Source: Promethearchaeota archaeon
GTDB taxonomy: Archaea > Asgardarchaeota > Lokiarchaeia > Sigyniarchaeales > SOKP01
NCBI GenBank assembly: GCA_048938025.1
Contig: JBHLMP010000013.1
Coordinates: forward strand, 12,004 to 76,003
Length of the DNA: 64,000 nucleotides
Reading direction: 5' to 3'
Part shown: positions 31,101 through 39,937 of the stretch, one piece after another
Numbering within the stretch: position 1 is the first letter of the stretch
Layout: every line of letters begins with the position of its first letter
Position numbers and translations under genes: made by a program
The notes under the pieces: model-generated
Seen by the model: only the letters and a program-made list of their open reading frames with translations
Told to the model about the DNA's origin: nothing
Databases searched by the model: none

Positions 31101-32199
31101 CACTTGGTCCCAGTGGATCTCCATTATATCCTAATGCATCCCACAAATTGAAGGTATATTGATTTGGACCGACGTTTTTTGTCCCTTCCTCCCTACCTTC
31201 ATACTGAACCATTAAACTGGTATAATGAGAATCATTTGATAGTGTAAAAGAACCTATTAAATCAATAAATTGCTCTAATTCTTCCTCTGAAATTGTTGCA
31301 TTAAGGATATCACCATAATTTTCTATTATTGTTTCAAATTGGGCTGTTAGATCTTCAGTTTGCAGATTTTCAAGAAAAGTTAAGTCAAGAGAATCAATAT
31401 TAAAATTCACTTGATCTGTTATTATATCAAAATCACCTTCAAAAAAGTCCAGTGTATTTATAAATATAATTGTTGATGACACATGATAATTATTTAAGTA
31501 ATCTTCACTAGTTAAGCGATCGATATCTAAAGCTTTCCAATAACCATCCATTGGAAGATTAGTAGTGATCTCTCTAAGATAAATTTCCCAATTGGGAAAG
31601 TGCCCTATGAATGGAAAAAAATAGGGTTCTGATATATTGAGCAGGATAAGATCAATCTGAAATTTTCTTTTTATAATTTCAAGTGCCCGTTCTGCTCTTA
31701 ATTGAGCATCATTAGGATCCAATTCGTTATCATAATATAGAAATCCAGTAAAACCATTGAAACTTAATGCATATTCAGCACTAATATCACTATCAGTTAA
31801 TACTCTTGGAAATATCTCTGGATTAATTGCATTAGATGCACTAAGAAGAATATTGCATTTGTAAAATGCAGGATCATTTGTATCAAATTGACTGAGAATA
31901 GAAGTATCATTTGTAAAAAGTGACTGCTTAATTATTGATTTGTCTCCTGCCACATAAGCATTAATCTGCTCAGCATAAAGATCTGTTCCTGCAATATCCG
32001 AAGGCTCAAGATAGTTCTCTTCGAAGTCATCATTATCGAATTTTTCATTTTCATTTAATAAATAATTTCCAAAGTTGATCTCAAGACTGTAACTTAGAAA
32101 TGTAAAGAGGAATAACAAAACAATCAGAAAACCAACCACTTTTTTAATATATTTTATAGTAAAATTCTCCTCCTCACATAGTTTCCCTATATATATCAA
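28177..32199 (-). CDS. Large secreted/membrane-anchored protein with C-terminal Ig-like (DUF11/BatD-like) domains
   Basis: N-terminal hydrophobic segment; GDVNTYILTFRNIGSNIAKNI and GDKIIININIEHTG Ig-like strands; C-terminal TM YIIIPSIIVLAIFLIYIW; many N-x-S/T sequons; start codon uncertain. Confidence 0.75.
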   Translation of the reverse strand: MIYIGKLCEEENFTIKYIKKVVGFLIVLLFLFTFLSYSLEINFGNYLLNENEKFDNDDFEENYLEPSDIAGTDLYAEQINAYVAGDKSIIKQSLFTNDTSILSQFDTNDPAFYKCNILLSASNAINPEIFPRVLTDSDISAEYALSFNGFTGFLYYDNELDPNDAQLRAERALEIIKRKFQIDLILLNISEPYFFPFIGHFPNWEIYLREITTNLPMDGYWKALDIDRLTSEDYLNNYHVSSTIIFINTLDFFEGDFDIITDQVNFNIDSLDLTFLENLQTEDLTAQFETIIENYGDILNATISEEELEQFIDLIGSFTLSNDSHYTSLMVQYEGREEGTKNVGPNQYTFNLWDALGYNGDPLGPSEKIYIALAGAFLSDIEINILSTEIIDFYPQNLQFNDFLLEQIGLILYLAGVDFDIQALKDYSFDLFWFNEEGVKRSYTTPVNLNDPYDIVNFLRQLGFKGFTFIPTGILNPIGDFIVTYNISYAEQNMRISKELIGDNASYGAYREFQFNITACNIGNITVWGVPTPIPFDLNDIFLLLTLGNQPLADQFKNTIWEIVRIEYPNQYDSLENFFNFDEDPRIFYFDSLGVGMFDQFFPDLTNFSNLWPYNEKMDNVIDIIITGYPQLIAALGALGLTPNELKDIFTNNNSIWNDDNWKIEPEGIISYIYSNFSIDSIDTFTPFYTSNFTIKETFPEFPAIISGVTIGETNPQMALEIDNESWNIESEERYVDQHEIEIHFQFKNDTLIDLVNNTLERVSILINFSDPSNNLNFEIFNYSIGEYQDITPYITSQVNNNSLTFSFINYGEGLDWLFDPSAPNDYILFLKIYGIDSVAFNISINDLDIEFYIRDINNYDVSGSRVAFSSPSGNVNFEAKSNSITLSTYDMASIVAFSYLTKYNSKVGDVNTYILTFRNIGSNIAKNISISLLIPGIMNNSMDFTLKNNNLTYNLSELFPNEEITINFSFFTPNTRSISDVQISYDNPEYLEGGNSSKLIASTNELYISAPVDYNRNIPFVRTIEIDYFISNQTDYAPEIGDIFNMTVYIENIGPVGFNIPDLNISMGDQFGDLIRIDDNDLTFKNTTYDKIISFNVTFKKKDWKGYYYPAINYFESSESRAIQIYSSKSIILGTISFSLNKSVNKVEIDIGDKIIININIEHTGSICIKNIRINDMISYSQSDFQLVEGKLVNIISCIKPGEKFSFNYTLKAKKQGIVSLKPASISYYYLLKQEVHSNEVRIKINTSRIEQLSYIIIPSIIVLAIFLIYIWQINKYKSKRHEFRRSEREVFKLSSRDSILKVEHTLRESLSIINKQNDSILRKETLNQSKRYSEEKGD

Positions 32200-35161
32200 C
32201 TATTTTCTTTTTCCTTGCTTTTCTTAATAATACTACCATACCAACTAAAATAAGTATTAAAGAAAGGGAGAAGATTACAATGACATTAAACCATGGAAAA
32301 GTTAAAACATCAGGCATTTCAGTGAGCAATGTTAAATTTGAAGTAACAAGCCATGCTGTAAGCCAGCCTACTATTGTTCCTATGATTCCACTACTAATCA
32401 TAATAATTAGTGATTCAATTATGAATAATCGATTTATATCTCTACCTTTCAAACCTAATGTTCTAACAATACCAATTTCTTTTTTTCTCTCAATTATCGT
32501 TGAATATGAAGAAGAAAGCAATCCAAAAATACAAATAAACACGGTGGTCATCGCAATTAATGTAAAGAGCGTATCCAACACAAAAAATGCTCCCTGTTGT
32601 TGGGCAATCATACTTTGAAGATTGATCAATTCGTAATTATAATCATTTTGATAATTATCATTTATTTGATTCACGACATAATTAGTTAATGATTTTGTAT
32701 TCTCTCGAAGCTTAATAAAAACCTTATCTAGATATGGAACTGGAGGAATGTCCATAATTTCTATGTAAGTTTCATGAGAGATTAATACACCCCCCATAAC
32801 TGCTCGTTGTCTTGAACTTGCAAACTCTACTGCAAATCCAGGCATTTTTCTTGCAATACCAACTATTTTAAATACGTAGATTTCCATTTCATCCCCTCTG
32901 TGAACTACAATTCTAACGAGTTCGCCAAAATGTAATGATAGTTCTATAGAGACAGCTTCTGAGATAATGCAAGTGAATAGTTCATCATAATTAAACACAT
33001 CATTAAAAGAATTTTTAATAGTACCTGAAGTCATTTCTATATATTTATTTTTTACAGTAAAAGGATATTCTTCATCTATACCAAGTAAAGTTATTTCTTG
33101 GGTATTTAATCCGGCATAATCACCTAATTCTACTATAAACTCTTCATCATCTTCAGCATATATTTGAGTTAGCTGATAAGGTCGAGCTAAAACTGAGGAT
33201 ACTTTTTCAATTCCATCAATAGTTAATAATTCTTCTTCAATCTCTAAAGTCATAATTTTATTTAGATTAATAGCGGCTAGACCATTATGTATCTTCATCT
33301 CGTCTGAATTTATGGTTGAAAAACCACCCACAGTTAAAAATCCTTGTTCTTCCTCTTCTTCAGGTTCTTCCCATCCTAGAGTTTCTATAATTAAATCAGA
33401 ACCATAAGTTAAACTTGTCATGGCAGAACTTTGAGCAGATAATGTTTGAATAACAGTGGAAGTGAAAATGACGAAGGAAAAGGATAATGCAAATATGATA
33501 ACAGAGCTAGAATTTCTTCGCTGATATCTAAAAACAAATATTCTAATTACATTATGTAAACGTTTTGAAAGAGGCCTAAAAAGTTCTATTACTAATCTTA
33601 AAATTAGGGGCATTAACCCTAATCCTGCTAAAGTTAATCCAATATTGAAAATTAATAAAATGGCAATTAAAGTTCCTGCAAATAATGTAAGATCACCTGA
33701 AACAAGTATTCGTGGTATAACAAAAAAGACAAAACCACCATTAGCAGCTAATATAATTCCAACTAATATTAGTTTATAATTAACTGCGGCTTTTTTTTGC
33801 AAATGGTATAATGTATCTTCATGGCGATACGGGTGAATTGACTCAATAAGTTGAAGTCGCATCACTTTAAGAGCAGGAGAAATTGTAACTATCATACCAA
33901 CACTTACACCCATTACATATGCTATTAAAATCGACCACCAATTAAAAGAATAAGTTAATGCAGTAAATCCAATCATACCTTGAGCGATAACCCTATTGGC
34001 GAAGGGAATAATAATAAAACGAGTTACAACGTCAGCGGTTATGATACCTAATATTGACCCAAAATTACATAATAGAAATCCTTGGACTAAGACAATAGCT
34101 AAATTATATTTCTTATTGGCACCTAAGGTTCTAAAAATCCCAAATTCTCTAATTCTTTCCTCTACAGACGTTTTTAGTATTCCATTAATTAAAACTCCAG
34201 AAATAAGCATAGCTACTATTGACACGAAAACAAAAATAACCACAATTAGAACACTTAGAAATTCAGAATAACCTAATATCCTAAGTTTAGGTAATTCGAT
34301 ATAATATTCATTAATACCTAAGGCCAATTGAATTTTACCAGCAATTCTTTTTACTGCTCTTTCGGATTTTTCAAAATTTCTAACGTCGTAAAGCTTATTT
34401 CCTTCTTTAAAAGTTAAAATTAATTCACTACATCTTCCATCAAACTCATTATATCCAAAATATGTATATAGTGTATCAACATCAACAACAATAAGATGAT
34501 TATCACGGTATTCAGCAGGCCATTTTAAATTGTAATCAAAGATCTTATCTATTGTAAGATTTTGTGTTCTATATAAGGTAATATTCCCATGTGTTAATCT
34601 CATATTAATTTCAATAAAATCATTCTCAGAATATTTAATTACATCATTAAATCCTTTATAGATAGCACAATGACTTAATGGTAGCTCTGTTAGATCGAGT
34701 AAGTCATTTGAATTTGGCTGAATAAAAGCCCCAAATCTTATATCATTCTCTAATGTAAAATTAATTCCACAGATTGTTGTCCAAGCTTTTTCATCTGTTA
34801 AATTGGAAGTATGAAAACCTTCTGAGATATTCACATCACCACTTACTTCCATTCTTGGTATAAAATTTTTTATATCATTTGATGCATTTTGAACTTTTTT
34901 AATAATCTCATCATATTCAAAATAAGAAGATCTATCCTCTGGTTCTCCATTATAATGTCTAACAGAGATTACCGCATCTTGATTACCGGCTTCAATTGTT
35001 AGATAATTAACATAACTATAAGAAATTGAATCAGATAAAAACAAAACAACTGTAAGCAGACCTATTGATATTAGTACCCCAATTATAGCTAAAATTGATC
35101 TTATTTTCTGTTTTCTTAAATCTAAGAATGCATATTTAAAAATTAGTTTAAAATGGGTCAT
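32174..35161 (-). CDS. FtsX/MacB-like ABC permease with two FtsX modules
   Basis: SVEERIREFGIFRTLG and ERKKEIGIVRTLG; paralog of 20350-23325. Confidence 0.9.
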   Translation of the reverse strand: MTHFKLIFKYAFLDLRKQKIRSILAIIGVLISIGLLTVVLFLSDSISYSYVNYLTIEAGNQDAVISVRHYNGEPEDRSSYFEYDEIIKKVQNASNDIKNFIPRMEVSGDVNISEGFHTSNLTDEKAWTTICGINFTLENDIRFGAFIQPNSNDLLDLTELPLSHCAIYKGFNDVIKYSENDFIEINMRLTHGNITLYRTQNLTIDKIFDYNLKWPAEYRDNHLIVVDVDTLYTYFGYNEFDGRCSELILTFKEGNKLYDVRNFEKSERAVKRIAGKIQLALGINEYYIELPKLRILGYSEFLSVLIVVIFVFVSIVAMLISGVLINGILKTSVEERIREFGIFRTLGANKKYNLAIVLVQGFLLCNFGSILGIITADVVTRFIIIPFANRVIAQGMIGFTALTYSFNWWSILIAYVMGVSVGMIVTISPALKVMRLQLIESIHPYRHEDTLYHLQKKAAVNYKLILVGIILAANGGFVFFVIPRILVSGDLTLFAGTLIAILLIFNIGLTLAGLGLMPLILRLVIELFRPLSKRLHNVIRIFVFRYQRRNSSSVIIFALSFSFVIFTSTVIQTLSAQSSAMTSLTYGSDLIIETLGWEEPEEEEEQGFLTVGGFSTINSDEMKIHNGLAAINLNKIMTLEIEEELLTIDGIEKVSSVLARPYQLTQIYAEDDEEFIVELGDYAGLNTQEITLLGIDEEYPFTVKNKYIEMTSGTIKNSFNDVFNYDELFTCIISEAVSIELSLHFGELVRIVVHRGDEMEIYVFKIVGIARKMPGFAVEFASSRQRAVMGGVLISHETYIEIMDIPPVPYLDKVFIKLRENTKSLTNYVVNQINDNYQNDYNYELINLQSMIAQQQGAFFVLDTLFTLIAMTTVFICIFGLLSSSYSTIIERKKEIGIVRTLGLKGRDINRLFIIESLIIMISSGIIGTIVGWLTAWLVTSNLTLLTEMPDVLTFPWFNVIVIFSLSLILILVGMVVLLRKARKKKIVDIYRETM

Positions 35162-35209
35162 ATAGTTTAGACTTCTATAATATTTTAATTCAAAATATAT
35201 CTTAAAGAT

Positions 35210-36388
35210 TCATTGTAAGATTAATAAATCTCCTTCAATTTTTCCAAAAAGGTTATTTTCTTCTATTAATTCTGTTAAAATATCATTGAAATGCTCCGGT
35301 AAATTCATTATTATTGTAGAAGGGATATTATCTTTAATATCACTTATTCTTATTTCTGTTTTACTTTGATTGGCAAAGAGATATTGAAAGATTTTGCTTT
35401 TGCACTTTTCCTTATTAATTTCTGTTTCTTGTTGTCGTCTAATTTGCATAACCTCAGTTTCTTTTAAACCAGCTACTTTTCCTTCATGAGTTAATTTTCC
35501 ATCTCTCATATGAAATACTCTAGATGCAAATTCAGAAACAGCGGCATCATGACTTACTGCAATAAAAGTAGCACCCTTCCTATTTAAATCTCTAAGAAGA
35601 TTTAATATCATTACACCGGTTTTTGAATCTAAATCACCAGTTGGCTCATCTAATACACAAATTGCTGGATCGTTTGCAAATGCTCTAGCAATCGCTACTC
35701 TTTGTTGTTCTCCACCACTCAATTCTGAAGGAGTATGGTGTGCTCTCTCATCTAACCCAACTAACCTTAGAAGATCCATTGCCCTCTTTCTTTTTCCTCT
35801 GCGACTTAATTTTCCTGAAAAATGTAAAGGAACCATAACATTTTCCATTGCAGTCATTTGAGGAAGGAGATTATAGAATTGAAACACAAATCCTATTCTT
35901 TCTCTTCTAATTTCCGCTAAGTCATTATCTGAAAGCATGCTAATGTTGCGCCCTTCTAAAAAGATTTTTCCTCTCGTTGGAGTATCAAGTCCTCCAACTA
36001 AATTGAGTAAAGTTGTTTTTCCAGAACCAGAAGGACCCATAATATCAATAAAGTCTCCATTATCTATTGTTAAATCCACTCCTCTCAATGCTGCTACAGC
36101 CGTCGTACCAAGCAGGTATGTTTTATGTAAATTTTCAACCACAATTAAATGTTCATAATCTTTTCCTGCCATTCTATCTTGTTTAATCTCTTTTTTCATC
36201 TTTTTTTTCTCTATTCGAGATTCAGACAATATCTCAGTTTTCTGGCGCTTAATTTCATCTTTCTTTTTCTTTTCTTTCCATTTTTCAAAATCTTTTGAAA
36301 TAGTACCTCTCCAAACTGCCAGTTTTCCAGTTTCTTCTTCATATTGCTCCATTAATGAGGTTTTTTTTACTGTGAGTGGTTTAGTCAT
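35210..36388 (-). CDS. ABC ATP-binding protein (LolD/MacB type) with N- and C-terminal extensions
   Basis: GPSGSGKT, GFVFQFYNL, LSGGEQQRVAIARA, LDEPTGDLD, VSHD. Confidence 0.93.
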   Translation of the reverse strand: MTKPLTVKKTSLMEQYEEETGKLAVWRGTISKDFEKWKEKKKKDEIKRQKTEILSESRIEKKKMKKEIKQDRMAGKDYEHLIVVENLHKTYLLGTTAVAALRGVDLTIDNGDFIDIMGPSGSGKTTLLNLVGGLDTPTRGKIFLEGRNISMLSDNDLAEIRRERIGFVFQFYNLLPQMTAMENVMVPLHFSGKLSRRGKRKRAMDLLRLVGLDERAHHTPSELSGGEQQRVAIARAFANDPAICVLDEPTGDLDSKTGVMILNLLRDLNRKGATFIAVSHDAAVSEFASRVFHMRDGKLTHEGKVAGLKETEVMQIRRQQETEINKEKCKSKIFQYLFANQSKTEIRISDIKDNIPSTIIMNLPEHFNDILTELIEENNLFGKIEGDLLILQ

Positions 36389-36662
36389 TAAAAATCCCTT
36401 TTAGTTTAAATTTTTATAATATAATTTGCTTTAAAATTAAATTTCAAATTATCCAATTATATTTTATCATTATAATATTGTAATGCTGTATTAAATTTTT
36501 TTTCCAGATTTTCCTTCTTCCATGGTTACGTGAATATTAAAAATCATATAAAACTTAAGATTCTATTTTGGTAGAATGTTTGAGAAATTATCTTTTACTT
36601 ATTAATAAGTGAAATAGGAAAGAGAAATTTTAGTTTAAGTCAATAGATCTTTAGAAATAACA

Positions 36663-37397
36663 TTATTCAAACTGATTATTCTTTATATGATTTAAAATTT
36701 TGAGATAAATATCTTTTTCAGCATCTTTTTTTTTCCTAAACTCATTTGATTGAAGTGTAATTGGTAATTCTATTAATTTATTTTTATTATTATTATCCAG
36801 AATTTGTGGATTTTTTGCTATCCAGAGAGGATTATGTTCAAGACCTCTCTTTTCGAAATCGAGTTTGATAAAAATACTTGTTTTGAATTTCTCTTGCAAA
36901 AATTCTAATAGAATATTTTTATTCAAAATTGTGGAATTTTCGATAATAGCTTCAAAATCTTTATAAAATCTGTTTATAATCTTTTCCTCCACTACCGTAA
37001 GATTATAGTTTGAATCAAGGAAAATCGCACCACATACTGCTTCAAAAACATCTGCGAGAATTCTAGTATCTTTAATTTTTTGCTTTTCTGATTTGAAAAT
37101 ATATCGCTCTAAATCAAATTCTATTGCTATTTTCTTAAAAGTTTCATCACTTTCCAATGACGCTTTAATTTTTGTAATTTCTCCGGGATCATCGATTCCC
37201 ATTTGATACATCTTTAAAATTAAGATGATTTTTACTATACTATCTCCAAGAATCTCTAAAAATTGATAAGTTGGTAGATTATACTCATTCCCAAATTGTG
37301 GTGTTGTTAATGCTTGAATTAAAAATTCCTCATTATTGAATTTATAATCTATTAATTCTTGGAACTGTTCTATTTTTTCTCTTATCCTAACCATCAT
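36663..37397 (-). CDS. rnc: Ribonuclease III family protein with C-terminal dsRBD-like domain
   Basis: QALT, FLEILGDS signature, ADVFEAVCGAIFLDS; KNILLEFLQ...KKKDAEK dsRBD-like. Confidence 0.82.
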   Translation of the reverse strand: MMVRIREKIEQFQELIDYKFNNEEFLIQALTTPQFGNEYNLPTYQFLEILGDSIVKIILILKMYQMGIDDPGEITKIKASLESDETFKKIAIEFDLERYIFKSEKQKIKDTRILADVFEAVCGAIFLDSNYNLTVVEEKIINRFYKDFEAIIENSTILNKNILLEFLQEKFKTSIFIKLDFEKRGLEHNPLWIAKNPQILDNNNKNKLIELPITLQSNEFRKKKDAEKDIYLKILNHIKNNQFE

Positions 37398-37458
37398 TTT
37401 CCTAATTAACTATTATTATCAGATAAATTTAAAAATTTAATCTATTCTTAATAAATAT

Positions 37459-37884
37459 ATGGAAAGAGAAAAAATTCTTTCTTTAATAAAAGGAATTGAG
37501 GAGAAGAATTTAGAATTAGAAAACCACCTTTCAAATTTAAATATTTTATCTAGAAATGATATTATTAAAGAAATCTCACAAGACATTATTCAAAATAACG
37601 AACTATTACAAGAAATAGTAAATAGTGAGAAGCAACTTTTTTCAAGTGGAATTAAAAGACCTAGCAGCCCAATCCAACATATAATCGAAGGTTTTCTCTC
37701 TAAAATTAAAAATACTCCCTCTAAAAAGGTTATATATTTAAGAGAGTTTCTTGAGATATTCAAACAAGAAATATCCGAGAAAGATAAAGATGTAATTCTA
37801 CAATCCTTGAAAGACGAAATAAATGAAGTAGAATTAAAAGAAAAGATGATAACTTTAGCTAATACATTTAGATTGAAATTCTAA
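37459..37884 (+). CDS. Hypothetical alpha-helical protein
   Basis: 141-aa ORF filling the gap between neighbours, helical/coiled composition. Confidence 0.6.
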   Translation: MEREKILSLIKGIEEKNLELENHLSNLNILSRNDIIKEISQDIIQNNELLQEIVNSEKQLFSSGIKRPSSPIQHIIEGFLSKIKNTPSKKVIYLREFLEIFKQEISEKDKDVILQSLKDEINEVELKEKMITLANTFRLKF

Positions 37885-37933
37885 GATTAAACCGTTTTAA
37901 TTATAATTCGAAAGATTGTATATATTAATTAAT

Positions 37934-38338
37934 TCAAAGATCAAACAACTGGAGCAAAATTAATACTTTTTTAATACCACGTATCTTTATTTTTCCAATA
38001 AGTACTTTCCTTATTATTTTCCCCATTGAAACTTCATCACCTCCTAAAATTTCTAAAAATAAGGGAGTAGAAGTTTGAAACAACCCATCCCAACCAACAA
38101 CTTTCTTTTTTAAGTTCTTTTTTGGTTTATTTTCTATACCTTCAACATGTATTGTGGCTTTATCAATAATAAGCAATGCGGCATATTTTCCATCTTTCGC
38201 ATTTAAGAGAATCTTAACTTTAGTATCCTTAAATCTTTCTTTAAATTTTTCATTTTCATTTAAAGGGTCAACTAACTTCGCTACAGTACTAGCAAAACCG
38301 CGTAGTTTTTTCTTTTTTTCTTCAGTCATACTAATCAA
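37934..38338 (-). CDS. SCP2 (sterol carrier protein)-like domain protein
   Basis: C-terminal FLEILGG...KVLIGKIKIRG pattern typical of the SCP2 fold. Confidence 0.6.
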   Translation of the reverse strand: MISMTEEKKKKLRGFASTVAKLVDPLNENEKFKERFKDTKVKILLNAKDGKYAALLIIDKATIHVEGIENKPKKNLKKKVVGWDGLFQTSTPLFLEILGGDEVSMGKIIRKVLIGKIKIRGIKKVLILLQLFDL

Positions 38339-38499
38339 TTACTAAAAATATTAGCAATTTTAATACTTTTTTCAATTATAGTTAAATTACTTCTTAAGTA
38401 ACATAAAGATTTAATCTTTAAAGTTAAAAATAAGGATTCATAACTATATAAAATATTGAAGAATAAGTGACCTAATTAGAAACACTGCGAGCAATAAAG

Positions 38500-38751
38500 T
38501 TAGTATCCATCCGCTTCAGAGCTCCCAAAATAGTCTTCCCAAGCTTTTCTGTCTTCACCTGAAATTCTTTCTCCCGAAATTCTATTTTTAACTACAATTG
38601 GAGCTGATTCTTTTTCGTCATGTCTAATTGTTTTAATTATCTTAAAATCCTCTTTGTCTTTTCCTAAATCAAACTCTTTATCGCATGCTTTACAATATAA
38701 TTTTTTGCTTTTTGGGATCAGTATATTATCGCATTCAGGGCAGAATCGCAT
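38500..38751 (-). CDS. TFS/Rpo subunit M-like protein with N-terminal zinc ribbon only
   Basis: MRFCPECDNILIP...YCKAC; AGGTGATC SD 9 nt before ATG 38751 (track start at 38775 is probably too early). Confidence 0.75.
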   Translation of the reverse strand: MRFCPECDNILIPKSKKLYCKACDKEFDLGKDKEDFKIIKTIRHDEKESAPIVVKNRISGERISGEDRKAWEDYFGSSEADGY

Positions 38752-39050
38752 ACTTTCAAAGATCACCTTTTTCAATGCTTATACTTATTAAATTTTACGG
38801 TTTAGTTCATTTTTATTTTTCAGAGATATTAAAACTATTTAACCCTTATAAATTTAATGAAAATTTAACTTAATGTGCGTCAATAGTATATATAAATTTT
38901 TGCATTTATTGAATTAATAAGTCCAAAAAATCAGTTAATTAAATCGTGTCAAAATATCATATATTCTAATTAGATTTAACTAAAATTGGTATTTAATTAA
39001 TTAATTAAAAATCTATTTAAATTATTGCAAATCTTTTTACTTAAAGACTT

Positions 39051-39815
39051 ATGAAATTGGGGATATTTGAAATGGATTCTTCAGAAAAGAATGTTTTAGT
39101 AATAGCTCATAGAGGAGCAAGTAATTTAGCACCAGAGAATACACTTAAGGCTTTTCAGAAAGCAATTGAATTAGGAGCAGATTACATAGAATTTGATGTT
39201 CATCAATCGAAAGATGGTGAAATTATTATAATGCATGATGCTAATACATTTAGAATGACAGGTAAAAGTGGTATTTTAAAGAAAATGACTTTTGAAGAGC
39301 TAAAAAAACTTGAAACTAGAGACGGTGAAAAGATTCCTACCTTGCATGAACTAATTAAATTAGCAAAGGGAAAGATTGCTTTAAACTGTGAAGTAAAAGC
39401 TAGAGGATTAGAAGAAAATTTAGTAAAAATACTCCAAAAAGCTGATATTATTGAATCTACAGTAATTAGTTCTTTTAAAAATGATATTTTGTTAAAAATC
39501 CAAGATATAGAACCAAGAGTTAGGCTAGCAGCGTTAAGACCTAGTCGAATGCAATGGGTGACGAGCCTGATAACACCCCAGAAGTTAATAAAAACTGCTT
39601 TTAAAAGTCAATTTTATGCTGTTAATCCAAGGTATTTTTTTGTAAATCGGAAGTTTATTGAAAGAGCCCATAATCATGACCTCAAAGTTTTTCCATGGAC
39701 GGTTGATTCTGAAAAAAAAATTAAGAAATTAGTCAAAATGGGTGTTGATGGGATTATTACTAATAAAATTTCACAAACTAAAGCTATTCTTAGGCAATTG
39801 AAGGATATTTCTTAG
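39051..39815 (+). CDS. Glycerophosphodiester phosphodiesterase
   Basis: IAHRGAS, PENTL, IEFDV, IMHD, NCEVK, WTVD, GVDGIITN. Confidence 0.93.
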   Translation: MKLGIFEMDSSEKNVLVIAHRGASNLAPENTLKAFQKAIELGADYIEFDVHQSKDGEIIIMHDANTFRMTGKSGILKKMTFEELKKLETRDGEKIPTLHELIKLAKGKIALNCEVKARGLEENLVKILQKADIIESTVISSFKNDILLKIQDIEPRVRLAALRPSRMQWVTSLITPQKLIKTAFKSQFYAVNPRYFFVNRKFIERAHNHDLKVFPWTVDSEKKIKKLVKMGVDGIITNKISQTKAILRQLKDIS

Positions 39816-39937
39816 TATACCTTCTATAAACACATTTAGACTAAATCCATTTCCTAATTTAATAAAATATTTTAGTCAAATTATCATACCTTAATTATCA
39901 TATTTTAGAATTTTTTTTATAATCTCCTTAATAAATT

